15,192 bases of DNA. Origin: Terrimicrobiaceae bacterium. Lineage in GTDB: Bacteria > Verrucomicrobiota > Verrucomicrobiia > Chthoniobacterales > Terrimicrobiaceae. This document shows positions 7,826 to 15,192 of this stretch, in pieces (within the stretch, counting starts at the first letter, position 1; every line of letters starts with the position of its first letter). The stretch spans positions 1 through 15,192 of the forward strand of contig JBGSVZ010000120.1 of the NCBI GenBank assembly GCA_041752695.1. The letters are read 5' to 3'. Below the pieces are notes generated by a model. It made no database searches, was not told the DNA's origin, and worked only from the letters and a program-made list of their open reading frames with translations. The position numbers were made by a program, and so were the translations under genes.

Positions 7826-8306
7826 AGTGGCGCAAGTCCTCCAAAACGGTTGTCGCGTGCTGGTCGGGCTTCACTTTGCGGAAGACCGACCGAATGGTGC
7901 CATCGGGCCCGATCACGAACGTGCTGCGTTCGGTGCCCATGAAGTTTTTGCCATACATGCTTTTTTCCACCCAAACGCCATAGGCCTCGACCACACGGTG
8001 GGTTTCATCGCTGAGAAGAGGAAAGGGGAGTTCGTATTTGGCGATAAATTCCGCATGGCTTTTGGCAGAATCCACGCTGACACCGAAGACCGTCGCGCCC
8101 GCGTCAATGAGATCCCGGTAGCGATCGCGCAGGGCGCAAGCCTGGGTCGTGCAGCCCGGCGTATCGTCTTTCGGATAAAAATAGAGCACCACCGTCTTGC
8201 CAAGAAAATCGGCGAGATTCACCTCTCGGCCGTCCTCGTAAGGACCCCCGACTGCGATGGCGGTGAAATCGGGCGCTTGGTCACCCGGAACGAGCAATGC
8301 AGACAT
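7815..8306 (-). CDS. bcp: Thioredoxin-dependent thiol peroxidase (BCP/PrxQ)
   Basis: VVLYFYPKDDTPGCTTQAC, GVSVD, FPLLSD and YGVWVEKSMYGK..MGTERSTFVI. Confidence 0.95.
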   Translation of the reverse strand: MSALLVPGDQAPDFTAIAVGGPYEDGREVNLADFLGKTVVLYFYPKDDTPGCTTQACALRDRYRDLIDAGATVFGVSVDSAKSHAEFIAKYELPFPLLSDETHRVVEAYGVWVEKSMYGKNFMGTERSTFVIGPDGTIRSVFRKVKPDQHATTVLEDLRHFEP

Positions 8307-8341
8307 GCGGGGACAATTCCCCGCGCTGCGCGGATTTGCAA
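8307..8341 (-). promoter_or_regulatory. Putative leaderless promoter of bcp with an overlapping inverted repeat
   Basis: Minus strand: TTGCAA (8341-8336), 17 nt, AATTGT (8318-8313), 6 nt, then ATG at 8306. The inverted repeat GCGGGGA-CAAT-TCCCCGC (8307-8324) straddles the -10 box. Confidence 0.45.
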
Positions 8342-8398
8342 GTCCGCAGGAAAGGCGTCATTGATAACGCCGGATTTCCTGAAATCCTTTCGCGCTTT

Positions 8399-9604
8399 GT
8401 GAAGCTTTACCGTGCCCGCCTTGTTCTTCCGCTTGCCACGCCGCCCATCGAGGACGGCGTGGTCGGCGTGCAGGCGGGTCGCATTGTTGCGGTGGGCCGG
8501 GAGCGGGATTTTTCCGCGGCCGCGGAGGATCTTGGTGATGTGATTCTCATGCCTGGGCTGATCAATGCCCACTGTCATTTGGACTATACCGTGATGCGCG
8601 GAGCGATCCTCCAGCAGGAAAATTTCCCGAACTGGGTGCGGCGGATCAACGACCTCAAGCGCACGCTCACGGATGACGACTATCTCGCTTCCATCGCATC
8701 GGGGTTTCGCGAGCTGCAAAAATGGGGAACGACCAGTGTTTTTAATATCGAGTCGTTTCCAGAATTAATGGTGAGGTTGCCGGCGCCTCCCTTGCGCACG
8801 TGGTGGTTTTACGAACTGATCGATATCCGCAACCGCATCCACACGGAGGATGTGGTGGCGGGCGCGCTCACCTTTTTTGATCACCATCCCAACTGGCTGG
8901 GCGGATTTGGCCTCTCGCCCCATGCGCCTTACACGACTTCGGCGGGTCTTTACGAATTGACCAAGTTTTGCAGTGAAAACCGCGCCATGCCCTGGACAAC
9001 GCACCTGGCGGAAACCGATGAGGAATTCGAGATGTTCGTCAAGGCGGCCGGGCCCCTCTACGACTTCTTGAAGAAGCTTGGCCGCACGATGGATGATGTC
9101 GGTGGGGTGACGCCTGTTTCCCGGCTTTTCCACGGCCCCGGCGTGCCGCAGGGGGGCATTCTTGCCCACATGAACTGTTTGTCCGAGTCCGACTATCAGA
9201 TCCTCGCCGGCCGGCGCGATGTCGCGGTGGTTCATTGCCCAAAGTGCCACGAATACTTTGGCCGCGCGCCGTTTGCTGTCGACCGCCTGCGCGAAATCGG
9301 AATCCCGGTTTGCCTCGGCACCGACAGCCTCGCCAGCAATTCTTCGCTCAACCTTTTCGGAGAAATGCGGGCCCTGCGCCGCACGCATCCGCACCTCTCA
9401 GCGGCCGAACTCGTGGACATGGTCACCCGTCGTCCCGCCCGTGCCATCGGCCTTCCCGGCCAACTTGGCGAGATCACCCCCGGAGCGCATGCCGACCTTA
9501 TCGCCCTGCCGTTTGCCGGGGTTCCCTCCGACGCGCTCGAAGCCGTGCTGGAAAACCGCGAGCCCGTGCGATGGACCATGATCGGAGGCGCGCCGCGCGC
9601 CTAA
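8399..9604 (+). CDS. Metal-dependent amidohydrolase (nucleoside deaminase type; MTA/SAH- or aminodeoxyfutalosine-deaminase-like)
   Basis: PGLINAHCHLD (HxH), SPHAPY, THLAET, VVHCP and LGTDSLAS. The GTG at 8399 (MKLYRARLVLP) is preferred over 8297, which overlaps bcp. Confidence 0.85.
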   Translation: MKLYRARLVLPLATPPIEDGVVGVQAGRIVAVGRERDFSAAAEDLGDVILMPGLINAHCHLDYTVMRGAILQQENFPNWVRRINDLKRTLTDDDYLASIASGFRELQKWGTTSVFNIESFPELMVRLPAPPLRTWWFYELIDIRNRIHTEDVVAGALTFFDHHPNWLGGFGLSPHAPYTTSAGLYELTKFCSENRAMPWTTHLAETDEEFEMFVKAAGPLYDFLKKLGRTMDDVGGVTPVSRLFHGPGVPQGGILAHMNCLSESDYQILAGRRDVAVVHCPKCHEYFGRAPFAVDRLREIGIPVCLGTDSLASNSSLNLFGEMRALRRTHPHLSAAELVDMVTRRPARAIGLPGQLGEITPGAHADLIALPFAGVPSDALEAVLENREPVRWTMIGGAPRA

Positions 9605-9856
9605 CGCTCAACGCTCAACGCTCAACGCTCAACGCTGAACGCTGAACGCTGAACGCTGAACGTCGAACGTCGAACGTCGAACGTCGAACGTCGAACGTCG
9701 AACGTCGAACGTCGAACGTCGAACGTCGAACGTCGAACGTCGAACGTTGCCGGGCCCGCCCCTATTCGCCTCCGAGCGTAACATTCCGAACTTGAACGTT
9801 CAGAGTTGAGCGTTCGACGTTCGACGTTACGCGCGAAGCGCGCCGCGCGCCGCGCG
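9586..9856. repeat. Heptamer-array/hairpin element, copy C (both arms, expanded left array)
   Basis: Left hairpin AGGCGCG-CCG-CGCGCCT (9586-9602), then (AACGCTC)4(AACGCTG)4(AACGTCG)12 AACGTTG (9603-9749), core 9750-9786, six inverted units (9787-9828), A, CGCGC-GAA-GCGCG (9830-9842) and (CCGCGCG)2. Confidence 0.95.
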
Positions 9857-11623
9857 TCAGTCCAGGAGCTCCGCGTAGTGGTCGGAGGCGACCTCGAGGC
9901 AGCGGTGGAGGATGGCGAAACTGTTGTCGAGGTTGAGGGCCTCGTCCGCCAGTTTCTGGCAGGTGGGGATAGAGAGGGACTGGACGGCCTTTTTGACCCG
10001 CGGGACCACCGTGCTGCTGGCGCTGAGTTCATCGACGCCCAAGCCGAGGAGGAGGGGAATGAGGGCGATGTCGCCGGCCATTTCGCCGCAGACGCCCACC
10101 CAGATGTTGTTGCGATGCGCGGCATCCACCACGCCCTTGATCAGGCGAATGACGGCAGGGTGGGTGGGTTCGTAGAGGTGGGCGATGCGGTCGTTTCCGC
10201 GATCCACCGCAATCGTGTATTGAATCAGATCGTTGGTGCCGATGCTGAAAAACTTCACTTCGCGGGCGAGGTGGTCGGCGACGAGAGCCGCGCTCGGGAT
10301 CTCGATCATGATGCCAACCTCGACATCCGGGTTAAATTCGACGCCGCGTTCGCGCAGTTCGTCCTTGCACTCGTCGAGTACTGCATTGGCGCTCCGCAGT
10401 TCCTCCAGACTGGAGATCATGGGGTACATGATGCGGATATTGCCCGAGGTCGCAGCCCGCAGGATGGCGCGAAGCTGGGTCTTGAAAATGACCGGATTTT
10501 GCAGGCAAAATCGAATCGCCCGGCAGCCGAGGAAAGGGTTTTGTTCCTCCTCGAGTTCGAGGCTTTCCGAAGGTTTGTCGCCGCCGATATCGAGGGTTCG
10601 GATGATGACAGAGTGCGGCTTGGCGCGTTCAGCGACCAGGCGATAGCTCTCGAACTGCTCTTCCTCGTTGGGTGGTGTGGTGCGATTGAGATAGAGAAAT
10701 TCCGTGCGGTAGAGCCCGACGCCCTCTGCACCACTTTCGCGCACGTCATCGAGTTCCTCGGGCAGTTCGATGTTGGCCGAAAGAATGATATGGCGTCCGT
10801 CGCTGGTGGTGGAGGACGTTTCGCGGATGAGTTCGAGCCGTTCCTCAACCTCCTCCTTTTTCTCCTCAAGGGTGCCGTATTCCTCAAGAGTTTCCGGCGA
10901 GGGATTGATGATGAGGAGGCCACTGTAGCCATCGAGCAGAATGTCATCACCACTGGTCAGTTCGTTGCAGATGTCATGCAGGCCCACGATGGCGGGAATG
11001 TCCATCGAACGCGCCATGATGGCCGTGTGCGAGGTCTTGCTGCCCTGCTCCGTGGCAAAACCCAGGACGAGGGTGCGGTTGATCGAAGCCGTATCCGAGG
11101 GCGTGAGGTTGTGCGAGACGATGATGTGCGGCTTGTCCTCGGTGGCGAGACTGTGGGGAGCCTTGCCGAGCAGGTGCCGGATGACGCGTCGGGCGACGTC
11201 CTCGATATCCACCACGCGCTCGCGAAGGTAGGGGTCGTCAATTTCCCCGAGGGTCTTGCAATAACGCTCGGCGGTGCGGTGGAAAATGTGTTCGACATTG
11301 TGCCGGTCTTTTTCCAGGCCCCGGAGCACCTCGTCGATCAGGGTGCGGTCCTCGACGACCAGAAGGTGGGCGTCGAAAATGCTCGCATCCTTCGCGCCGA
11401 TGGCGTCGGCGATGCGCTGCTGAATTTCCAGGAGTTCCGCGCGGGTGGCGATGAGGGCCGCCTCAAAACGCGCAATTTCCTCGGGCATTTCCGCCGCGGT
11501 GATTTTCCGCAGTGGGATTTCCTCGTCGTCCACCCAGTGGACCACGACCTCGGCGTGGGCGATACCCGGAGCGACGGCGATGCCCTGAAATCGTCTCTCT
11601 TTTTTCGGGTCGGGGTCGCTCAC
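9857..11623 (-). CDS. ptsI: Phosphoenolpyruvate-protein phosphotransferase (PTS Enzyme I)
   Basis: Phospho-His motif GSKTSHTAIMARS, plus GVGLYRTEFL, IRTLDIGGDK, NPFLGCRAIR, SIGTNDLIQY and GVCGEMAGD. No N-terminal GAF domain. Confidence 0.95.
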   Translation of the reverse strand: MSDPDPKKERRFQGIAVAPGIAHAEVVVHWVDDEEIPLRKITAAEMPEEIARFEAALIATRAELLEIQQRIADAIGAKDASIFDAHLLVVEDRTLIDEVLRGLEKDRHNVEHIFHRTAERYCKTLGEIDDPYLRERVVDIEDVARRVIRHLLGKAPHSLATEDKPHIIVSHNLTPSDTASINRTLVLGFATEQGSKTSHTAIMARSMDIPAIVGLHDICNELTSGDDILLDGYSGLLIINPSPETLEEYGTLEEKKEEVEERLELIRETSSTTSDGRHIILSANIELPEELDDVRESGAEGVGLYRTEFLYLNRTTPPNEEEQFESYRLVAERAKPHSVIIRTLDIGGDKPSESLELEEEQNPFLGCRAIRFCLQNPVIFKTQLRAILRAATSGNIRIMYPMISSLEELRSANAVLDECKDELRERGVEFNPDVEVGIMIEIPSAALVADHLAREVKFFSIGTNDLIQYTIAVDRGNDRIAHLYEPTHPAVIRLIKGVVDAAHRNNIWVGVCGEMAGDIALIPLLLGLGVDELSASSTVVPRVKKAVQSLSIPTCQKLADEALNLDNSFAILHRCLEVASDHYAELLD

Positions 11624-11649
11624 CCCGAACCACTTAGCAGGATTTTAGC

Positions 11650-11670
11650 GAAGATGGAAGATGGAAGATG
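11650..11670 (+). repeat. (GAAGATG)3 heptamer tandem repeat
   Basis: Three perfect copies directly abutting the left hairpin of copy D. Confidence 0.8.
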
Positions 11671-11826
11671 CGCGCTTCGCGCGAAACGCCGAACGCTGAA
11701 CTCTCAACGTTGAACGCTGAAGTATGAAATAGAACGTGCAATGCCGACCATGCAGTGGCACGGAATCGAAAGTTGCGTGCCCGGGAAAACTTGAGCGTTC
11801 AGCGTTGAGCGTTCCGCCGCAGGCGG
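11671..11826. repeat. Heptamer-array/hairpin element, copy D (both arms)
   Basis: CGCGC-TTC-GCGCG (11671-11683; GAA loop on the minus strand), then AACGCCG AACGCTG AACTCTC AACGTTG AACGCTG (11685-11719), a core with GTTGCGTGCCCG (11772-11783), AAAACTT GAGCGTT CAGCGTT GAGCGTT (11786-11813) and CCGCC-GCA-GGCGG (11814-11826). Confidence 0.9.
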
Positions 11827-11831
11827 CTGGG

Positions 11832-12140
11832 TTATTCCTCGCCGAAGCGGGTCTGGACAAGGTTTTCGATTTCGGCGACAACCTTGTCCGCATCCGCTCC
11901 TTCTGCGATGATGTGCAGCTTCGAACCTTTTCCGGCTGCGAGCATCATGAGGCCCATAATGCTTTTGCCGTTGACCCGCTCCCCGTCCTTTTCCACCCAG
12001 ACTTCGGCGCGGTACCGGCTGGAGATTTTGACAAACATGGCAGCGGGCCGCGCATGAAGACCATTGCGGTTCTGGATCGCGACCTCCTTGGTGCAGCGGA
12101 GGACGTCGTCGGTTGGTTTTTTGCGCGAGAGAATTCCCAT
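11832..12140 (-). CDS. ptsH: Phosphocarrier protein HPr
   Basis: GLHARPAA (His15 equivalent) and NGKSIMGLMML (Ser46 equivalent). It has a short N-terminal extension, and its ATG overlaps the hprK stop (TAATG). Confidence 0.95.
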   Translation of the reverse strand: MGILSRKKPTDDVLRCTKEVAIQNRNGLHARPAAMFVKISSRYRAEVWVEKDGERVNGKSIMGLMMLAAGKGSKLHIIAEGADADKVVAEIENLVQTRFGEE

Positions 12141-13114
12141 TATCGGATACGTCGTTCGTTCATCATTTGCAGCAGTCGCTGATTAAATTCGACCGCACTG
12201 TTTTGTCCCATGCTTTTGAGCTTCTGGTCAAGCGCGGCGACCTCCACAAGGCGACCTAAATCACGGCCGGTCCGCACGGGGATGATGACATGCGGAATTT
12301 TGATGCCCAAAACCTCGTAAGTTTCGCGGTCGAGGCCGATCCGGTCCACGTTTTCCAGTTCGTCCCACTCCTTGAGCGTGATGACAAAATCGAGGCGCTT
12401 TTCCGTGCGGACACTGCCTACGCCAAAAATGGACATGATGTTGATTACTCCGATGCCGCGGACTTCCATGTGGAAGCGGGTCAGGTCGGCCGCCATGCCG
12501 ACGAGTTCGCGGCCTTCAATGGAACGGATGCGTGTGATGTCATCGCTCACCAGGCTGTATCCCCTTTCGATCAGGGAAAGCACGCACTCGCTCTTGCCAA
12601 TGCCACTGGCTCCGCGAATGAGAGTGCCGATGCCCTGAATGTCCACCATGCTCCCATACTCGGTCGTGGAGGGCGCAAAATCAAATTCCAGCGCGATGGT
12701 GGCCGCGTTGATAAACTTCATCGTGATGATGTGCGTGCGGAAAACCGGGGTCTCAAATTCCGCGGCATGGTCCAGCACCGCGGCCGGCACCGGGGCATTG
12801 CGGGCGATGATGAGGCAGGGGAAATTCCGCGAGAAAAGCTGATGAAGTTTTTCCTTGAGCGTGGTGGCACTCAGGCTGCGCAGGTAGCTGAGTTCGGCAG
12901 CCCCCAGGACCTGGATGCGTTTTCCGGCGAAATAGTTGTAAAATCCTGTGAGGGCAAGGCCGGGCCGATTGATGGTGGGCTCGCGAATTTTCCGGTTTAG
13001 CCCGCGCGAAGCCCCTTCCAGGCGCAAACCCAGGGTCTCCGCGTGATTGGCGTAGAAATGGCCGACCGTGATATGCGGGACCTGTTGCGCGGCGGGAGGC
13101 GGGGTGCGGGCCAT
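12140..13114 (-). CDS. hprK: HPr(Ser) kinase/phosphorylase
   Basis: INRPGLALTG, Walker A GASGIGKSE, LVSDD, HMEVRGIGVIN and IPVRTGRDL. Confidence 0.95.
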   Translation of the reverse strand: MARTPPPAAQQVPHITVGHFYANHAETLGLRLEGASRGLNRKIREPTINRPGLALTGFYNYFAGKRIQVLGAAELSYLRSLSATTLKEKLHQLFSRNFPCLIIARNAPVPAAVLDHAAEFETPVFRTHIITMKFINAATIALEFDFAPSTTEYGSMVDIQGIGTLIRGASGIGKSECVLSLIERGYSLVSDDITRIRSIEGRELVGMAADLTRFHMEVRGIGVINIMSIFGVGSVRTEKRLDFVITLKEWDELENVDRIGLDRETYEVLGIKIPHVIIPVRTGRDLGRLVEVAALDQKLKSMGQNSAVEFNQRLLQMMNERRIR

Positions 13115-13120
13115 GGCGGG

Positions 13121-13906
13121 TTACATCTGGAAGTTCTCGCCGAGGTAGAGCTTGCGGCTGATCGGGTCGTTGAGCAGAAAATCTTTCGTACCCTGGCTCT
13201 CGACGCGCCCCTCAAAAATCAGGTAGGCGCGATCCACAATATTCAGCGTTTCGCGAACGTTGTGGTCGGTGATGAGAATGGCCAGGCCTTGCGCCCGCAA
13301 ATCTTGGACGATCTGCTGCACATCGTAGACCGCGATGGGATCCACGCCGCTGAATGGCTCGTCGAGCATGAGCAGGGTGGGATTGGTCACCAGGGAACGC
13401 GCAATGGTGAGGCGGCGTTTCTCGCCGCCCGAGAGGGTGAGGGCGGTATTTTTGGCCAGATGTTCGATGCCGAACTGCGTGAGCAATTCCTCGCAGCGAT
13501 CTTTGCGCTGCTGTTTGTTCATCTTGGTGGTCTCCAGGATGGCCATGATGTTTTCCTGCACGGTGAGTTTGCGGAAGATCGATTCTTCCTGCGGCAGGTA
13601 TCCCATACCCTCACGGGCGCGGCGGTACATCGGCATGTCGGTCACGTCGCGGTCGTCGAAGAAGACGCGCCCGCCGTTGGGACGCACCAGCCCGACGATC
13701 ATATAAAACGTCGTGGTTTTGCCGGCCCCGTTCGGGCCGAGCAGACCCACAATCTCCCCGCGACGGACATTAATATCCACACCGTTGACGACGGAGCGTC
13801 CGCCATAGATTTTGACCAGCTTATCGGTTTGGAGAAGCGGCTTCTGATCGGGTGAGGGAGCGCCCGGTTTGGCGGCCGGGGCTGGTGTCGGTGCGGCGGC
13901 GCTCAT
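13121..13906 (-). CDS. lptB: LPS export ABC transporter ATP-binding protein
   Basis: GLLGPNGAGKTTTFYMIVG, GYLPQEESIFRKLTV, LSGGEKRR, LDEPFSGVDPIAV and ITDHNVRETL. Confidence 0.96.
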   Translation of the reverse strand: MSAAAPTPAPAAKPGAPSPDQKPLLQTDKLVKIYGGRSVVNGVDINVRRGEIVGLLGPNGAGKTTTFYMIVGLVRPNGGRVFFDDRDVTDMPMYRRAREGMGYLPQEESIFRKLTVQENIMAILETTKMNKQQRKDRCEELLTQFGIEHLAKNTALTLSGGEKRRLTIARSLVTNPTLLMLDEPFSGVDPIAVYDVQQIVQDLRAQGLAILITDHNVRETLNIVDRAYLIFEGRVESQGTKDFLLNDPISRKLYLGENFQM

Positions 13907-14505
13907 TACAACTTCGACTCTCCGCTGTCGACGATGGTGGTTTTGCTGCCGCCCTTGGTATCCATTTTTCCGTTACGGTCCAGATACATGATGGTGCCTT
14001 CCTCGGTGGCCTGCTGGAGGTTGATATCGTGCTGGACGGATGGCCAGCCCGAGAGGGTGATGATCCCTGTGGCCGGATCGTAATGGACCTTGGTGGCGCG
14101 TCCGATCGCCTTGGTCGTCTTGCCCGAGCTGTCCGAGTTTTCCTGTACGATGATCACCCGGTCGCGCGCTTCGCCGAAGGCTTCGACAAGCTGCAGGCCC
14201 TTGCGATTTTTATCGAGAGTGACCTTCAGCCGGTCACAAAACAATGTGAACTGGACGTCTTTCACCACGACGCTGCCTTCGAATTCGGCGATGCTGGTCG
14301 AGTTGTCGAACGTCGCCTGTTTTTTGGCGGTAATCTCGGTCTTGGCCCCTTTCGGCCGTTCCTTGCTGAGTCCCATGCCGAAAGGCGAGGATTTTTCGCC
14401 CGCGTCGGGATTCATCGAGGGTTTGAGTTCCTGGGCGCGCAGGGCGGCAGGACCCGCCAGGAAGGCAAGGGTGAAAAGAAGGGCGAAAGAAAGGCGTTTT
14501 GTCAT
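13906..14505 (-). CDS. lptA: LptA/OstA-family periplasmic LPS transport protein
   Basis: Signal peptide (..AGPAALRA-QE) and OstA-like beta-rich segments (EITA..ATFD..AEFEGSVVV..LFCDRLKV; YDPATGIITLSGWP). It lies immediately upstream of lptB. Confidence 0.8.
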   Translation of the reverse strand: MTKRLSFALLFTLAFLAGPAALRAQELKPSMNPDAGEKSSPFGMGLSKERPKGAKTEITAKKQATFDNSTSIAEFEGSVVVKDVQFTLFCDRLKVTLDKNRKGLQLVEAFGEARDRVIIVQENSDSSGKTTKAIGRATKVHYDPATGIITLSGWPSVQHDINLQQATEEGTIMYLDRNGKMDTKGGSKTTIVDSGESKL

Positions 14506-15092
14506 TTATCGAGATTTTCGGTGTTCAGGATGATCATTTTCACGTTGCCGAGAAACTTGGCGTAGCGGGTTTTGGTGTTGAATTCGCCAGTGTCCCCGAT
14601 GATTTCAAAATCGTCCCGTTTGATCACAATCTGATCCTTGCCGGTCAGAATGCGGGTGCCCACGTTAAAAACCGAGAGGGGCATGGCAATGTTAATCTCT
14701 TTGCCATCGTCGTCGAAGGCGATGATTTTGAGCGCCTCCATCTCGATGTGTTCGTCGTCCACTTTCCGGGCGACCTCGGTCTCAAATTCCATCACCACTT
14801 TGTCATTTTCGTCGCGGTGGGCGTATTTCATGCCCTTCACCGGCTGGCCGATGATCATCATGCTGGACATCTGCGAGGTGTCGTCGCCGGTCTCGGCTTT
14901 TTCGTCCTTGGCCTCGGGGGTATCCTTGGCCGCAGCCTCTTTTTTCGCCGGGGCGGGCGACGGTTTTTCCGCCAGCAGCGGGAAGGCCGGGAGAGCGGAG
15001 CAAACGAGAAGGCTAAGCCAGAATCTCGCGGATGCGGACGAGTTGACCGAGAAGTTTCGGAAGGGCGCGGAGCGGAATCTGATTGGGACCAT
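14502..15092 (-). CDS. lptC: LptC-like LPS export periplasmic protein (start uncertain)
   Basis: Hydrophobic N-terminal segment and a beta-jellyroll-like C-terminus (..[28 protein letters not shown]). It sits between kdsA and lptA, with an ATGA overlap to lptA. Confidence 0.65.
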   Translation of the reverse strand: MVPIRFRSAPFRNFSVNSSASARFWLSLLVCSALPAFPLLAEKPSPAPAKKEAAAKDTPEAKDEKAETGDDTSQMSSMMIIGQPVKGMKYAHRDENDKVVMEFETEVARKVDDEHIEMEALKIIAFDDDGKEINIAMPLSVFNVGTRILTGKDQIVIKRDDFEIIGDTGEFNTKTRYAKFLGNVKMIILNTENLDK

Positions 15093-15192
15093 CGGAAAGG
15101 GCTTTGGCTGGGTTTTCGTGAGTTTCGAGGAACACGCCGTCGCAGCCTGCAGCGACGGCCGCGCGTGCCAGCACCGGTGCCAGCACGCCGTC
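15013..15192 (-). CDS. kdsA: 3-deoxy-8-phosphooctulonate (KDO8P) synthase, C-terminal part (runs off the window)
   Basis: Manual translation gives [59 protein letters not shown], with the KdsA motifs LARAAVA.G.DG.F.ETH..P..ALSDG. It is not in the ORF track. Confidence 0.92.
   Translation of the reverse strand, partial: DGVLAPVLARAAVAAGCDGVFLETHENPAKALSDGPNQIPLRALPKLLGQLVRIREILA

Noticed and set aside
9603..9828. CRISPR array
   Set aside because: The units are contiguous 7-mers with no repeat-spacer alternation, and there are no cas genes.
9622..10125. 167-aa minus-strand ORF with (STFDVRR)n
   Set aside because: It is an out-of-frame overlap with ptsI, and the periodic peptide is just the translation of the heptamer array.
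11624..11660. Leaderless promoter for ptsI (TGcTAAGTG 7 nt before the GTG)
   Set aside because: The -10 box lacks the conserved final T, and the -35 candidate falls in the GAAGATG repeat. Too weak to call.
9806..11713. 635-aa plus-strand ORF
   Set aside because: Antisense shadow of ptsI, with both ends in repeat DNA and no recognisable motifs.

Overview
GC-rich bacterial chromosome segment. The gene set and order suggest Verrucomicrobiota (inference). Left to right it holds: the left end of an IS5-family element inserted at a TTAG site inside a PIN/VapC toxin gene; allophanate hydrolase (atzF); oligoendopeptidase F; an AstD-like aldehyde dehydrogenase; an orphan PAS histidine kinase; a DUF697 protein with a degenerate GTPase-like domain; bcp; a metal-dependent amidohydrolase; and the minus-strand run kdsA(3' end)-lptC-lptA-lptB-hprK-ptsH-ptsI. 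The genes are mostly ordinary, but the intergenic DNA is not. Four gaps (about 2040, 6570, 9590, 11670) carry members of one modular element: inverted arrays of 7-bp units (AACGCTS/AACGTCG-type versus their reverse complements) around a short core, capped by GC-rich 5-bp-stem triloop hairpins, often with a GNA loop. One copy has a 21-unit array in ordered blocks. Two unrelated heptamer runs, a GTAG-type REP and probable leaderless promoters also occur.
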